The position numbers were made by a program, and so were the translations under genes. From NCBI GenBank assembly GCA_045837725.1, contig JBEWZL010000163.1, positions 186,001 through 250,000 of the forward strand: a stretch of 64,000 nucleotides of DNA. Direction: 5' to 3'. Shown here in pieces: positions 37,280 through 50,297 of the stretch. Origin of the DNA: Vermamoeba vermiformis. Taxonomy: Eukaryota. Each line of letters starts with the position of its first letter. Within the stretch, counting starts at the first letter, position 1. The notes below the pieces were generated by a model. It had not been told where the DNA came from, made no database searches, and saw only the letters and a program-made list of their open reading frames with translations.

Positions 37280-39582
37280 ATGGCACATCTAGACACGCAG
37301 TTGCGTGCCAAGCATCACGTTGCACCGCGAAGAATTGAATTCGCACCAGCACGACATCCAGAAGCCGCGTCATTTCAGTGGAATCCGAAATATCCGCCAA
37401 TCAACGGCAACTCTGCGCCGATCAGATCCACAGACACGGTCAAGAACAAAGCTGATAGCTCTAAGGATAGTAAACAACTCGCTGAACCTACTTATGAGGT
37501 ACCTTTGCCTCCTGCTGGACTTCAATGGAATGAAAAACGAGAGATGGGCTGTGGATTAGAAAATCTGGGCAACACGTGCTTTTTGAACTCAGCGCTACAA
37601 TGTCTTACATATACACCGCCACTCGCCAATTTAGTACTGCAACGTTGGCACACAAAATCATGTGCGTAATGACGATCGGGCGTGGATCTTGTTAAAACCA
37701 AAAATACTCACCGTGCTCCAAATAATTTAACAGCACGATCAATAATAATATTTTTCCTAATATTATTGTTAATTTCAGGCCGCAAACCGAATGCGTGTCT
37801 GGCCTGCGAGCTCGAGCGACACATCTACAACGCCCTCACTCGCAAGCGCAACACGAGCTTTGCACCCAAGAACATTGTTGGCAATCTCAAGCGTGCGTAA
37901 CACACAGGTGCCTGTGTCTCGTACTGACAGCGCTAGCAGGGATCGGCAAGCACTTTCGTCTGGGCCGGCAAGAGGACAGTCACGAGTTCATTCGCTACTT
38001 GATTGAAGGCGTGCAGCTCGCGATGAGCACGGACAAATTGACACGTGTCGACCAGGGCGCGCTGTTCTCGGTGTTCGGCGGCTATTTGCAGAGTCAAGTC
38101 AAGTGTCAGCAGTGCGGCTACGAATCGAACACGATCGATCCCGTGCTGGACATCAGCTTGGAGATCAAATCGAAGCACATTCACAGCATTCAGTCCGCGC
38201 TCAGTCACTTCTGTGCCCCCGAGATACTCGATGGCGACAACAAGTACAAGTGTCCGCGCTGCAACAAGAAGGTGCGCGCGCAGAAACAGTTCACCATTCG
38301 CCAGCCCCCGCACGTGCTCACGCTGCAGCTCAAGCGCTTTGGCTTCATGGGCCTGTTTGGCGGCAACAACAAGATCACCAAGGGCATCAACTACCCCGAT
38401 CAGCTCACCCTCGATCCCTATCTCTCGCACCGTCCGCAGCACGCGCACACCTACTCGCTGTACGGCGTGTTGGTGCACACGGGGGCTTCCACGCACTCGG
38501 GCCACTACTTCAGCTTCGTGCGCGCAGCCAATCAGCAGTGGTACCGCTGCGACGACCATCACGTGAGTCAAGTGTCACATGCCACCGCACTGCAACAGAA
38601 CGCCTATCTCTTGTTCTACATCAAGAACGAGCACGCGACACCTGTCAAACAAGCACCTGTCATCAATGGCAAATCTCCGCTCAAATCTCCTGATGTCAAT
38701 AATGAGACACGTGTCAAAGACAAGCCCGTCAGGCATGAAAATGGAGTCAACGGACACAGTGTGACACCTGTCAAAACAACACCTGTCAAATCAGTGCAAC
38801 ACGTCGCCGAGTCAAATGGCGTCAATGTCGATGAACCAAAATCACGTGTCAATACCTCACCTGTGACACCTGTCAATCATACACCCGTGTCAATTAGAGG
38901 CTCAGGTGAGTGGCGTGTACGCGACTTGTCAGCACTGAGCAGTCTCCTTAATGGCAATCACGTGACACCTGTCAGCGAGAGATCACCAGCTCAACATTCA
39001 GTGAATTCAATGACAGACACGACAGATGTCAAAGTGTCACCTACACGTGTCACTAACAGCAAGCCTTCGAGTGACACCAGCACTGCGAGTGTGACACGTG
39101 TCAAAGTGAGTGTTCCACCGTCGCCCAAATCAGTCGTCGAACAGTTGCAAACACTGAGTCAGGCGCAAGGTAAGTCCGTTGACAGCACGCACGCGGTACT
39201 CACCTGCTGTCAGCGAGTGCGTGGGATGTGCCGGACGGTGCGCGCGTGCTGGCCGAACAACAGGCCCTGGTCAATCGCGTGAGTGGCACCAAACGCAAGC
39301 GCGACGAGTACGATGTGGAGTACGACCGCGGCAAGGTGAAGAAGAGCAAGCGCCAGCACATTGATCCCTTCCACGGCACTGCGGCCAATCCATTCCAAGC
39401 TGTGCAGAATCACGCGATTGCTTCGAAGCGACCACTCGCGGGTACGTACCTGGTGCTAGGTGTTGGTTGTAACAGTCTAATCATACGCGCGTACTGATCG
39501 GAGCACGCCAGGGGTGACAAGCAGCAAGAAGAACAACAAGCACAATAAGAACAAGAAAAAGAAGCACTTCAAGCACGATTGA
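37280..39582 (+). CDS. USP36: Ubiquitin-specific protease USP36/USP42-like
   Basis: [18 protein letters not shown] (Cys box), QEDSHEF, GHYFSFV (His box), and a C-terminal [14 protein letters not shown] typical of USP36/42. Confidence 0.9.
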
Positions 39583-39742
39583 GGCGAGAATATTATTGAG
39601 AATAGTGTTCAGTTGTATATAAGCGAAGTAAATGTAATCAGTGGTTGTAATTAGCGAACGACAACACGACTGCGAGGTCACTGTATTTGTAGTGATATAT
39701 ATTGATATTGTATTTACATATGATTTAAGGGTTTGAAATCAA

Positions 39743-40378
39743 ATGAGCAGCAAGAATAAGAAAGAGAAGGACAGATCTGACCTGCCGAGCAATCGCAGCG
39801 ATATTCACGAGCGTAATAACATGGAAGCGTATGTACAATACAATTATAATATGGCATAATACAATGTAACATAATTAATACAATACCAAGCAATCAATGA
39901 GCAGTTAATAATATTTGAATAATTAGAGAAATTGATCCAGACTTTCAAAAGCAAGCACGCAAGATGTTAGAACGGTAATCAATATTGAACTATTTAAGCA
40001 CATTACTTTGAGTTTTCGAGATTTTGGATCGCGATCTAACTTTTACTGATAATTATTAGATATCTTGACCAAGCCATTCAATATGAACCAAATGGTGCTG
40101 TAAATAATAATAATAGCAAGTGCGATAACCGCACGAAACAAGAGCACGAGAGCGAATCCGGCATTTACTTGTTGAAGAACAGCAAACAGTGCGCAGCATT
40201 CGATGAATTCCGCGATATAGATGCACCAATGTTGATGAAGAAGAAACCTATTGTCTCAGATAGTAGTGATAGTGACAGTGACAGCGAGGACGAGCGAATC
40301 CGCAGTGTAGCGGTGCAGTTTAACCCTACAAGCGGAGGATTTGATGCAAAGACTGAAAGTACCAAAAATAAAAGGTGA
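39743..40378 (+). CDS. Small acidic protein, possibly CUSTOS (C12orf43)-like
   Basis: Spliced IDPDFQKQARKMLER|YLDQAI and C-terminal SDSDSEDERIRSVAV resemble CUSTOS motifs; weak call. Confidence 0.45.
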
Positions 40379-40558
40379 TTTGACTCAATAACAGTTGATT
40401 ATTGCGGGTACAAATGCATGCCGGCCAGGGGTTTCGCACTAATGTTAGGGTAGAAATTTGAGTGAAATTCACTTCGGACCAGCGAAGATTTTTGTTTTGG
40501 ACCGAAAGATTTTCAATTTCAACTTAATATTTAGTGCTAAGAGCATAGGAGATTCATC

Positions 40559-41394
40559 ATGCCAGTAAGTACATACAGCACAATACGCATTGACGCAAGA
40601 AAATATTGTCCGAATCTTGATTCAACAGTTATTATTTGTTGAGCTTTGATATCTACGTAGAGCTACAATTTACCACGATATTACAGTAAGTATTAATATT
40701 ATATATTTTCAGGTTCAACACTCCCAATTCAATAACGCTCAAGTGCGCATCATTTCTAACATCCCCATCTTGCCTCTTAAAACCAAGTATAAGGGCCCTG
40801 CTCCCCCAGGCTCAGGTATATTTCATTATTAACATAGTTCATATTTAATTACTGTGCTATTATTTTAATTAAAGCAGTTCTTTCCCAAGATTTCGCTTTA
40901 GCAAAAAAAAAATCTTTCCCTTTATTTCAAGTAGCACTATGACGCTATAAATAATTGCTAATATTTATACACCTAATGCAGATGCTGAGGAAGATATTGT
41001 CGACGAAACACTCAAGTTGTTCAAGCCCAACGTGTTGTTCCGTAACTTTGAAGTGAAGGGTGCTGGTGATCGTTTGCTCATCTATTTGAGTCTCTATGCT
41101 GCTCAATGCTTGCGCAAGATTGCAGGCAAGCCCAAGGCTGATGCTGAGAAATTGCTCTACACTTTGGCACTCGAAAACTTCCCCATCCCCGGTGACGCCA
41201 AGTTCGTCTTGGGAGGTCTTGTCAGTGCTCCTGCTAACCGTCAAGACGCTGAAATGTTGCGCCAATACCTCACTCAGTGCCGTCAAGAGCTCGGTTTGCG
41301 TCTTGTTCCTCTCGTGTACAAGGATGCGACCAGACAAGACAAGTGGTGGATGTGCTTCTCAAAGAAAAAGTTCTTGAACATGTCTCTTGATTAG
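40559..41394 (+). CDS. ARPC3: Arp2/3 complex subunit 3 (p21-Arc)
   Basis: MP|VQHSQFN...LPLKTKYKGPAP, DIVDETLKLFKPNVLFRNFEVKG..DRLLIY and KWWMCFSKKKF. Confidence 0.96.
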
Positions 41395-41542
41395 ATCACC
41401 TGTTGTAATTGTTTTCATATTAAATTAAGTGCACTCGCTTCGCGCGGTGTACCATTGTTACATTAATGATGTGCATTAATTAAGGGTTTACTATGTACAA
41501 GAGGGATACTACAGCGAGTATTATTATGATACAATGCAGCGA

Positions 41543-43494
41543 CTAGTTGTCACTTGAGACCACTAGCCGTGTGCGTGCTGCTGTACGAGCGAGGGACTGT
41601 GCTTTGAGAGGCGTGCCTTGGTGCTTGATCTGCACTCGACGCGCAGTGCCCGCAGACCAGGGCGATGAAGTGACATTAGAGTGTATGTTCATCTCATTGG
41701 CTGTGCGTGCAGCGAGGGGCTTAGGTGGCTGTGCGTTGACTTTGATGCGCTTGACTTGATGGTGTCGCACAGGTGTCACGGGCAGACTGGGGGTCATTTC
41801 TTCGAATTTGCGCTTGCGAGTCACGTGACTGAGCTCGTCGTCACTCGTGTCGGAGTCGCACACAGTCTCCGTCACAAACACTGTTTCGAGGTTCTGATAG
41901 GGTGGAAATATCACGCGACCCTTCTTCTTGTAGCTGCGCACTGGATCGCGCAGGGCAGACTTGTGCACACGCGATTCACAGCTAGTCTCGCACACGGGGG
42001 ACTGAGGTCGTGTCGCGAGTGGCATGGCCGCGGTGTTGAGTGCATTGCGCGCGAGTCGAATGTTCTCTTGCTTGAGCTGTTCGTTGAGTTTGACGAGCAC
42101 ATCAATCTGCTCTTGTTTCATGCGCAGCTCTTCTTGCAACTGCTTCACCTAGACAGCACACAGCTCAGTAACGCTGGACTGGTAGTGCAACTGCACCGCT
42201 CTTACCGCGTCACGCCAGGCAGGCAGGTCGAGTGTAGGGGCAGCAGGCACGGGCACTGGTCTGACCACGGCCTTGGCACTGACTGCAAATCTCAGGGCTG
42301 CAAGTGACTCCGCGCTGTGGGCTGCAGCAGGGGAGAGTGCAATGATGATGGCAATGCGTGCAGTGCCGAGCAGTGCTGGCGCTAGGGCACGAGTCAGCTG
42401 TGAGGCACGCCATGGCACGTGAGTAGTGCGCCGCGCGAGAGCGTGAATGACCAGTGCGAGTGAACTGAGTGACTTGTTGATGGCAATGGTCTCACCCATC
42501 GCTACTCCTTGCACTTGACTCGCTTTGACGCGCTCAGATCTGTAAAGTGAGATGAGTGCTGCATGGCGATAGAATACATAGAAGGCTATATATATGGAGA
42601 TGACTGCATGCAGCTGTTACTCACCCAGCGAGGTCAATTAACATGAGACACGCCTTGGCAGCCTTGTTGTGCACGCGAATACTCACAACGCAGTGAGATC
42701 TGGAGCTAGTGGCATTCATCTTGGTGGAGGTGACGGAGCGGTGCTTGTGTCCTATTTGAATCAGTCGTCGACCCTCCTCCGCTGAGTGGATGCGATGACG
42801 ACTCAAATTCGCGATTGTTAGACCCTCTTCAGTCTTGGCTAATCGCAGCCTATCAACCGATCAGTATTGTACCACTTGCGCGTACTGCTACTTACATTCG
42901 AGGATCAGTGTCCAAGTTCAACAAGTCGTAGATCAGCTCGTTGTAGATCTCAAAGATGCTCATTTCAATCACGGAATCACCTCCGCGCTGTTCTGCGCTC
43001 TGAAACAGCTCGTGAATACTGCGCATATAGACGCCAGGGTCCTCTTCAGTGCCATCCATCGTATAGGTCTTGCCTGCACCTGTTTGACCGTACGCGAATA
43101 TGCATCCAGAGTAGCCCTCGAGGACCGACAAGACGAGAGGTCGGATGCGTTCAAATACTTGTTGCTGCGAGCACTCGGCATCGAGTACGTGATCAAATGT
43201 AAAGGCCTTGTCTTCTAATAAGACTTGACGGGCTCCACTGTCCGTTTTAACAGCTAATGGCTCTTGTAATTCACATCCAAGAGGTCTGCGCACTCTGCAC
43301 AACACTTGTACGTGCTCCCCTGCATCGCACAATTAGTCGATGATTGATATATCAATACGAAGATTAATCCAATCAATTACCTTCTTGGTTTAATTCTTCA
43401 TCCGAGTCGAGGTTCTAAAATAGGTCAGTATTTTACTGTGATTTAATGTGATACACACCTCATCATAATCAATATTTAACTCTTGTGTGGACAT
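41543..43494 (-). CDS. Kinesin motor-domain protein (kinesin-14-like sequence features, motor near N-terminus)
   Basis: Motifs VQVLCRVR, IFAYGQTGAGKTYTM, EIYNE, NATSSRSH, LIDLAG|SER and INKSLSSL. Confidence 0.9.
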
Positions 43495-43651
43495 TGTTAA
43501 CAGAATTAAGTTCAAATGCGCAACGGTCACTAAAAAAATTAAAAATTGACAAGCAAAAAAACGCGCGCAAATGAACGGGTGCGCAGAGAATTCTTCATTC
43601 GAACACGATTGGTGATAGTTCGACCAACACAGACTATCACTGCTATCAACC

Positions 43652-44257
43652 ATGGTACGGTTCAAAAATAGATATTTTTTGATTGAGCTTAACTGGTCCA
43701 AGCGCACTCCACCACAAGGGTTGAGTAAAGAACATCTAGCCAGTGCAGTGCGCGAAAGTCTTCGTATTAATTTTGGAGATTTTGGCCTTAACTCGGTGAT
43801 TCAATTCCTGCAGAGTACGTTGACTAAATTAACCAAGGCTATTTTAAATAATTATTTTTAATTATTTATGGTTGCGACTTACATTTTATCTGGTTTAATG
43901 ACCAGCACTTCAGCTCGATTAACCATCGCAAATCTCATCTACTAATTATTGTATTTAGTAAAATATTACAACGAGAAAACAAACATCTGCATAGTTCGGT
44001 CCTCACGAGAGCGGTTTCGCATGGTTTGGGCAGCACTCAGCTTCATCACGCACATTGAAAATGACGACGTCTACATGCGCGTATTGCATGTGGGTGGTAC
44101 ATTAAAGTCCTGTCAAAAACAGGCAATCACCTTCGATAGGGAACTTGTACGGCTCATGCAAGCTAGCGAAGACGACTTGTCAGACGATGCAGATATTGAT
44201 AGCAACGAAAATACTAGCAAAGTTGACGACAAAATGGAGACAGATCCAGTCGTCTAG
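43652..44257 (+). CDS. POP5: RNase P/MRP subunit POP5
   Basis: Motifs MVRFKNRY, NFGDFG, VKYYN, VWAALSFI and VLHVGGTLKSCQK. Confidence 0.93.
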
Positions 44258-44495
44258 ATGAAGAGCAGCTCGCGCCACTGCTCACTTTTTGTAAATAAAA
44301 ACAATTGGCAAACAATCGAAATCCGTACTTCAATTGTGTGCGTAATATTATCGTGATCTGCTACAAGTGAATCTGAATTATAATTAGATGGAGTTACAAG
44401 ACTCATTCGTATTTTTGGGTTTTATTTAATATGGTGACCTAACGGAGCCCCGCAATTATTTAACATTGTTTTTTTGAGTTGAAAAGAGTATTATT

Positions 44496-45110
44496 TTATT
44501 TGTCTTCGCCCTCTTCAGCCTCAGCCATTGCCTCTTCAGCGTCGTGAATATTGAAATATCTAAGTTGGTACGATTGTTTGCCAGTAGCAACGACGCGCAA
44601 CCAATCACGGAGCTGTTGTTTCTTCAAGTACTTCTTGATCAAGTATTTGAGGTATCTCTTTGAAAAGGGGGCTTGAGCAAGAACAGTGATCTTAGCCTTC
44701 TCGCGTTGGAGCTTGACAGACTCACCGAGAGCTCCAGCCTTTCCGTTAACCTTGATGTGTTGAGCGAGGAAGGTTTCCTATTAATTGTTAATTTATTTTG
44801 AATAAAGTTAAATAGTATTTCCATTATTAATTCATTATCCATTATAATTAATTAGACTGTTAATAATCAATAATAAAAATAATAATATCGGATCGAATAA
44901 AATAATAATTATAATTTCCCTTGTAATACTTACAAGACCAGCGGCATCGAAGATAGTATCTTCAACGGGCTTACCGCAATCGAGAACAAATTTCAAGGTT
45001 TGTTTCTTTCCCTTTTGGGTCTTCTTTACAACTTTCTAAATGCGATCAATAAAAATTAGCTACTAATATCCAAAGCATAGATTATCATCCGCACTTACAT
45101 TGGCGGGCAT
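44496..45110 (-). CDS. RPL22: 60S ribosomal protein L22e
   Basis: Spliced [17 protein letters not shown]...[11 protein letters not shown]...[27 protein letters not shown]...YQLRYFNI. Confidence 0.96.
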
Positions 45111-45433
45111 TTTAGATCTACTCTGTTCACTCAGTGCCGGAACTGGTAAGAAGAAAAGGGGAGATTGCACATAAGGACAACAAAAAACAAAAGTTAAAAT
45201 TAATAAAAAAATTGACCAATCAAATTAACTGGAAACAAAAATGAGCACAAACGGCAAGGAACGAATCAAATTGTCCGTACAACGTGTAATACACGTAATA
45301 CCACCATTCAATCATTCGAATTTATTTGGCAATTCGTTAATTGAGTTTAACAGATGCACGCGACGAAACGGTACGTCAATTTGTGTGAAGCAGGTGCAAA
45401 TTAATTTGAAGTATTCATTTACAAACGATTTAT

Positions 45434-48400
45434 TTACTTGAACAAATCATCGTCATCGTCGAAGAGTGCGTTCTTCTTGGGCGTGGTTTTCTTAACGGGG
45501 ATCTTGCTGAACAGATCGTCATCATCGTCGTCGTCGAACAAGCTCTTCTTAGCAGACGAAGGACGGGAAGCAGGAGACTGTGCAACAGGTGTCTTGACTG
45601 GTTGTACTGGCAGCGAGTCTTCGAGCTTGTACTGCACTGACTCCTCTTCGTCTTTGTAGTCTTCAATCGAGTGCCCCTGTTGCACTTGAATGTGCTCGTC
45701 GCTCTCTTTGCTCTCATCAGCGTCCTTGTTCTCTGCACTCTGGCGCGAGGTGTCATCAGCAGCGACAGTTGCAACGTCCTTATTGACATCTGTAACAGCT
45801 GGTGAGTACCGTGACACAGTGTGTATGCTACACGACTTACCTGTTTCAAACACGTTGATCTCTTTGTCGTCGCTCTCCTTCGACTCCCCCTTGTCCTCGC
45901 TACTCTCCAAGGTACTCTGTTCCAAAGAGCTGGGTCGTTCTAACGTCGAGGCGAGCAGGTCGTTGTCGCGCTCACCGAATGTGGTGTCTTCAGAGCTCGG
46001 CAACATGCTGGCTTCGAGAGGATTGGCGCGCTCATCGGGCAGCGAGGAGTGTTCGAGTACGCTAGTGCCGTACTGCGAGGAGAGCATGGCCTGATCGAGC
46101 GAGGCCTTCAAGTCACCCTCCACTTCAATCACATCGTGCTTGGGCTCGTCATCGCGTGCCTCACTGCTGGACTGTGCACTCGACTCCTCGGCGTGTGAGG
46201 GCAGTGCAGATTGCTCCAATGTGTTGTCTGCACTCTTGGGCTCTGATTGGTCGAGTGTGGACTGATCGAGTGCTGATTGGTCAACAGACGAGTGCTCAAC
46301 GGCTGAGTGGTCGAGTGTGGACTGTTCCAGAGGTGATGGTTGGTCCTGCGCGGGCTGGTCACCAGCTGTGTGTTCCAAGGTAGATTGGTCGAGTGTGGAC
46401 TGTTCCAGAGTTGGTTGTTCCAATGTTGACTGTTCCAATGCCGATTGGTCCAAGGTAGATTGCTCTAGAGTTGGTTGTTCCAATGCGGATTGATCCAATG
46501 TCGATTGTTCTAATGCAGATTGTTCCAGGGGTGATGGCACCTCTTGCTTAGTCTCGACTTCCACGGCTGTGTGTCCCAACTCTGATTGCTCCAAGGTATC
46601 GTGCTGCACTTCACTGGTCTGTACAGGTGCGTGGACATCACTCGTGGCTGAGTGTGCCTCGTCTTGTGTTGCTGCACCATCCACCGGGGACTGCTCGTCA
46701 GTGGCCTGCTCACTGGTGGTGTGTTCACTCGCATCGACGTGTGGCACTGCAGTGTCGTCACTCACCGACTGAGCGGCAGTGTTGTTCACATGGCTCTCGT
46801 GCTGCTCTGTGACGGGACTCTGATCGACGGACTCGTGTGGCGTGTCCTCCACCGCACTGGACTCCTCGTGCACATTGGAGGATTCTTCAACATTCTCGTG
46901 CACATTGGAGGATTCTTCAACATTCTCGTGCATATTGGAGGGTTCTTCAACATTCTCGCTGACATCGAGCTCTTGCTGCTCTTTCTGACGCTGCAGCACT
47001 TCGAGGGTCGTTTGCACCACGACGCGCTTGATGGTCGAGAGCACTGAAGCAGTGTCGTACTCAGCCTGTTCGTCAAACTGCTGCGTCAAGTTGACGTAGA
47101 CGTTGTTCATGATGCTCTTGACGGCAGTGGTCATGTCTTCAGCACTGCGCTGTCGCTCGGCCTTGACTGCACGAGCGAGGCGTGCTTGCCACTGCTGATC
47201 AGTCGCGTGCTCCGTGCTCACTGGGGCACTGACTGCACTGGGCACGGCAGCGAGTTGTTCTTGCAACTGTCGCACTGTGTCTTGCAGCTGCGCTACCTTG
47301 TGCTGCTCGTGCGCGCGCTGCTCATTGAGACTCTGCAGCTGTGTCTCGTACTCGTCCACGGTCTGCGCGAGCTTTTGACGACTCTCAGCCTCGCGACTAG
47401 CCAGCACAGCTTGCCACTTGTGCTCGCACTCTTGTTCGACACGCTCCAGCTGTTCTTTGCTCAGTGTGCCACTCGCCGTGCGCTCTTTCTTGAGTGTGGC
47501 ACGCAGCTCTTCAATCTGCATCTCGAGGCTGCTCTTCTCCTCGTCAAACGCACTCTCGCGCTTCTTGATCTCGGTGATGTACTTGCGCTTGTTCTCCTCC
47601 ACCAGCTTCACGGTGCGCTGATGATTGTCGCGCTCTTCTTCGAGCTCCGCTTTGAGTGCGTCGAGCTCTTGTTGCACACTCTTGACGCGCATCTGCTCCT
47701 CGCGTATCTTGAGCTCGTACTTCTTGTGCTCGCTGCTCAGCGCGGCCACGGTGCTCTTCAGTGACTCGCGCTCAATGCTCTCACGTTCGCGCTCATCGGT
47801 CAGTGCGCGCACTTGATCCTCCAAGCTCTGTTGCGTGCGCTTCATGTTCTGCACCTTGCGCGCTGCAGCTTCAATGGTCTCATTCGCACTCGCCAAGTCC
47901 TCTTCGACCTTGGTCTTCTCCTGCACAGGTGGTCAATGCACTCGTCGCTGTGATGCGGACACTTACCGATTGCAGCTGCAAGATCTCGCGCTGCAGCTTG
48001 TTCTTCTCCTGCACGCTGAGCTGCAGGTCTTGTTGCAGTCGCGTTCTCTCCTCGCGCACCTGATCCAGTTGTTGCAGTTGCACGCGCTCTTGACTGAACT
48101 TGCTGTTCTCATCCACCACGCGCTGATTGCGCTCGTGCAGCTGATTGATGTTCTCGCGCAGCAGTGTCACGTGACGACTCTTCTCTTCCACATCTACGGT
48201 GAGACGTTCATTCTCGAGCACAATCTTCTGAATCAGATCGAGCAGATTGCGCGGTGTGAAGCCTCCAATGTCACGTCCGCGCTGTGGTGCGTCAATCTTG
48301 TCGCTCAACTGCTCCAGCTTGGTGCTCATGGTGTCAATCTTGCTCTTCAGCTCCACTTTGTACTGGCGCTCGTCCACCAGCAGCTGCACCATCTCTGTGG

Positions 48401-50073
48401 TTGACAGCGCGGCTTGTGGCTGTGGCATGAGCATGGAGGGATTGGGAGGCTGTTGCATGGCATAGGGGCTCATGGCGTTGTTCATGTGCGCGTACATGGG
48501 CGCTTGAGCACTGTACTGCGAGGAGAGCACCATTTGATTGCCGTGCTGCGCGCCAGGCATGTTGGTCATGGCGAGTGGTGCCGCAGCTTGCAGGGGTGCA
48601 GTGTGATACATGGGCTGCGGTGGTGTGGGGGCGAGGAGGGGCTGTGCGGGGCTCACATAGGGCTGTGGTGCCGGCACACTGCTCGCTTCTGGCTGCACGA
48701 CACTCTGTGGCTCTGCACTGATTGTCGCACTGCTGTGTGGCGGTGAGGAACTGACAGGTGTCACGGGCTTGGCGGTCATGGTGGGCACTCCTAATTTGGA
48801 AATGCGTTCCATGAGCTTGGACTTGGCCTTGTCCTCCGTGCTGCTCTCGGTGGCAGTGGGCGAGGACGAGAGCACATCCACACTGGGCAGCGAGGGCAGC
48901 GGTGCTTGTTCTTCACTCGCGGCACTGCTCTCCACGCGTGTCTCGCTCACACTGCTCGTGCCGGACTTCTTCATCTTCTCCAACTCCACCACGAACACCA
49001 GCGTCATGTGCGCAGTCACGTGGGGTGCCAGGCCCTTGTCCCCGTACCCGAGTGCTGCAGGCAGTACTAACACACGGCGTTGTCCGCGCTTCATGCCCAA
49101 CACACCGCGATCGAGTCCCGCGAGCACGGAGCCCTTGCCGACTTCGAATCGGAGTGGTCGCTCTTTGTCCGTGTTGCTCTCGTACTTGGTGCCAATCTTG
49201 TTCTGCGCACTGGTCCACGCACTGTAGCGCAGACCCACCAAGTCCCCAGCTTCAATCGCGTGTCCCTTGGCCGGCACAATCAAGTCCAGCACACCGAGTC
49301 CCTCGCTCTTGGCAGCACACCACTGCGCGAGGGCGAGTTGTGCACTCAGTGCCTCGCACTCATCGCGTGTGGGGAAGTGAATGGCCCAGGACTGCGCGGC
49401 ATCGTCCGTCAACTGGCCCCAGTGCTCATTGCCCTGCAACGTGACAGTCCACTTGAGCTCGCTGGTGAGGGTCGTGGTGGTGATGGGCTTTTGCGGCGTG
49501 TAGTAGAGCAGCAGCGTCCACTTGTTGCTGGCCTGGTGCTGCAACACTGCTGCTCCTACCTTGCCGAGGGGTGCTGGACTCTGCTTGCCTGCCTCGCTGT
49601 GCGGGGGGTGAGTATATGGCGAGTATAGGAGGGGTATGCTACGCACTATTTGAACAGCTGCACGCCTTGGAAGTAGATCACAGCCGGCTGTGTACTCGCA
49701 GCAGTGCTACTCGCAGGCTGCGGTGTGTTGCTGCCACCAGAGCCGCGACGTTGTGCGTCAGTGCTGCTGGGGGGCTTGGGTCGGTCGTATGTCAACTTCT
49801 CTTTCGGGGCTGGTCCTTCGCTCTTGAACACATCTGCGAGCTTCTTGCCTCCTTTAGCGCTGAAACGATCGTGTTAATAAATAATTAATTTCTTGCTGCT
49901 AAACTGTAATTAATTGAATTGATCGGAAGTGGATCGTCCAAACACTGCTGACAGAATTGATTGCCATCAACACAATAATCATTATATGAATAGCGCATAA
50001 TAAATACACATTTTAAGTACCTCGAGAATAAGAAATCATCTTCATCGTCACCACCAGCACTTAAGAATGACAT
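45434..50073 (-). CDS. FKBP15: FKBP15 (FKBP133/WAFL)-like protein: N-terminal WH1-like region, FKBP domain, long coiled coil, acidic repetitive tail
   Basis: FKBP motif GLDRGVLGMKRGQRRVLVLPAALGYG...TLVFVVEL, KLMERISKLGVP, IQKIVLENERL, VKSIMNNVY and a terminal LFDDDDDDDLF. Confidence 0.8.
46240..46530 (-). repeat. Coding minisatellite, ~15 bp units encoding (S/P)(T/A)L(E/D)Q pentapeptide repeats
   Basis: Translation reads LEQSALEQSTLDQSALEQPTLEQSTLDQ... Confidence 0.85.
46860..46960 (-). repeat. Coding tandem repeat, three 30-bp units (ENVEE[P/S]SN[M/V]H)
   Basis: CTCGTGCA(C/T)ATTGGAGG(A/G)TTCTTCAACATT repeated in tandem on the + strand. Confidence 0.85.
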
Positions 50074-50297
50074 TGTTGATCTAGTTTAACGTTAATTGCG
50101 AATGTACGCTCAATATTCATTTTCAAATAATGTACCTGCACTGATGGATGATCTCTTAGTGAATTAGACTAGATACTGGTTGATTGGAAAACTCTTCTCA
50201 AATTTACACAACAAGTGGAGATTTCGCGACACGTGTCCGGTACAATGGCGAATATCCACAAAGCAGTATACAGAGCTAATTACATCGTTAGGGGGGT

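Noticed and set aside
42149-42205. Apparent in-frame TAG between adjacent kinesin ORFs (also at 49646 and 57759), suggesting readthrough or a recoded stop
   Set aside because: Each stop lies within a short canonical GT-AG intron, so there is no evidence for a variant genetic code.
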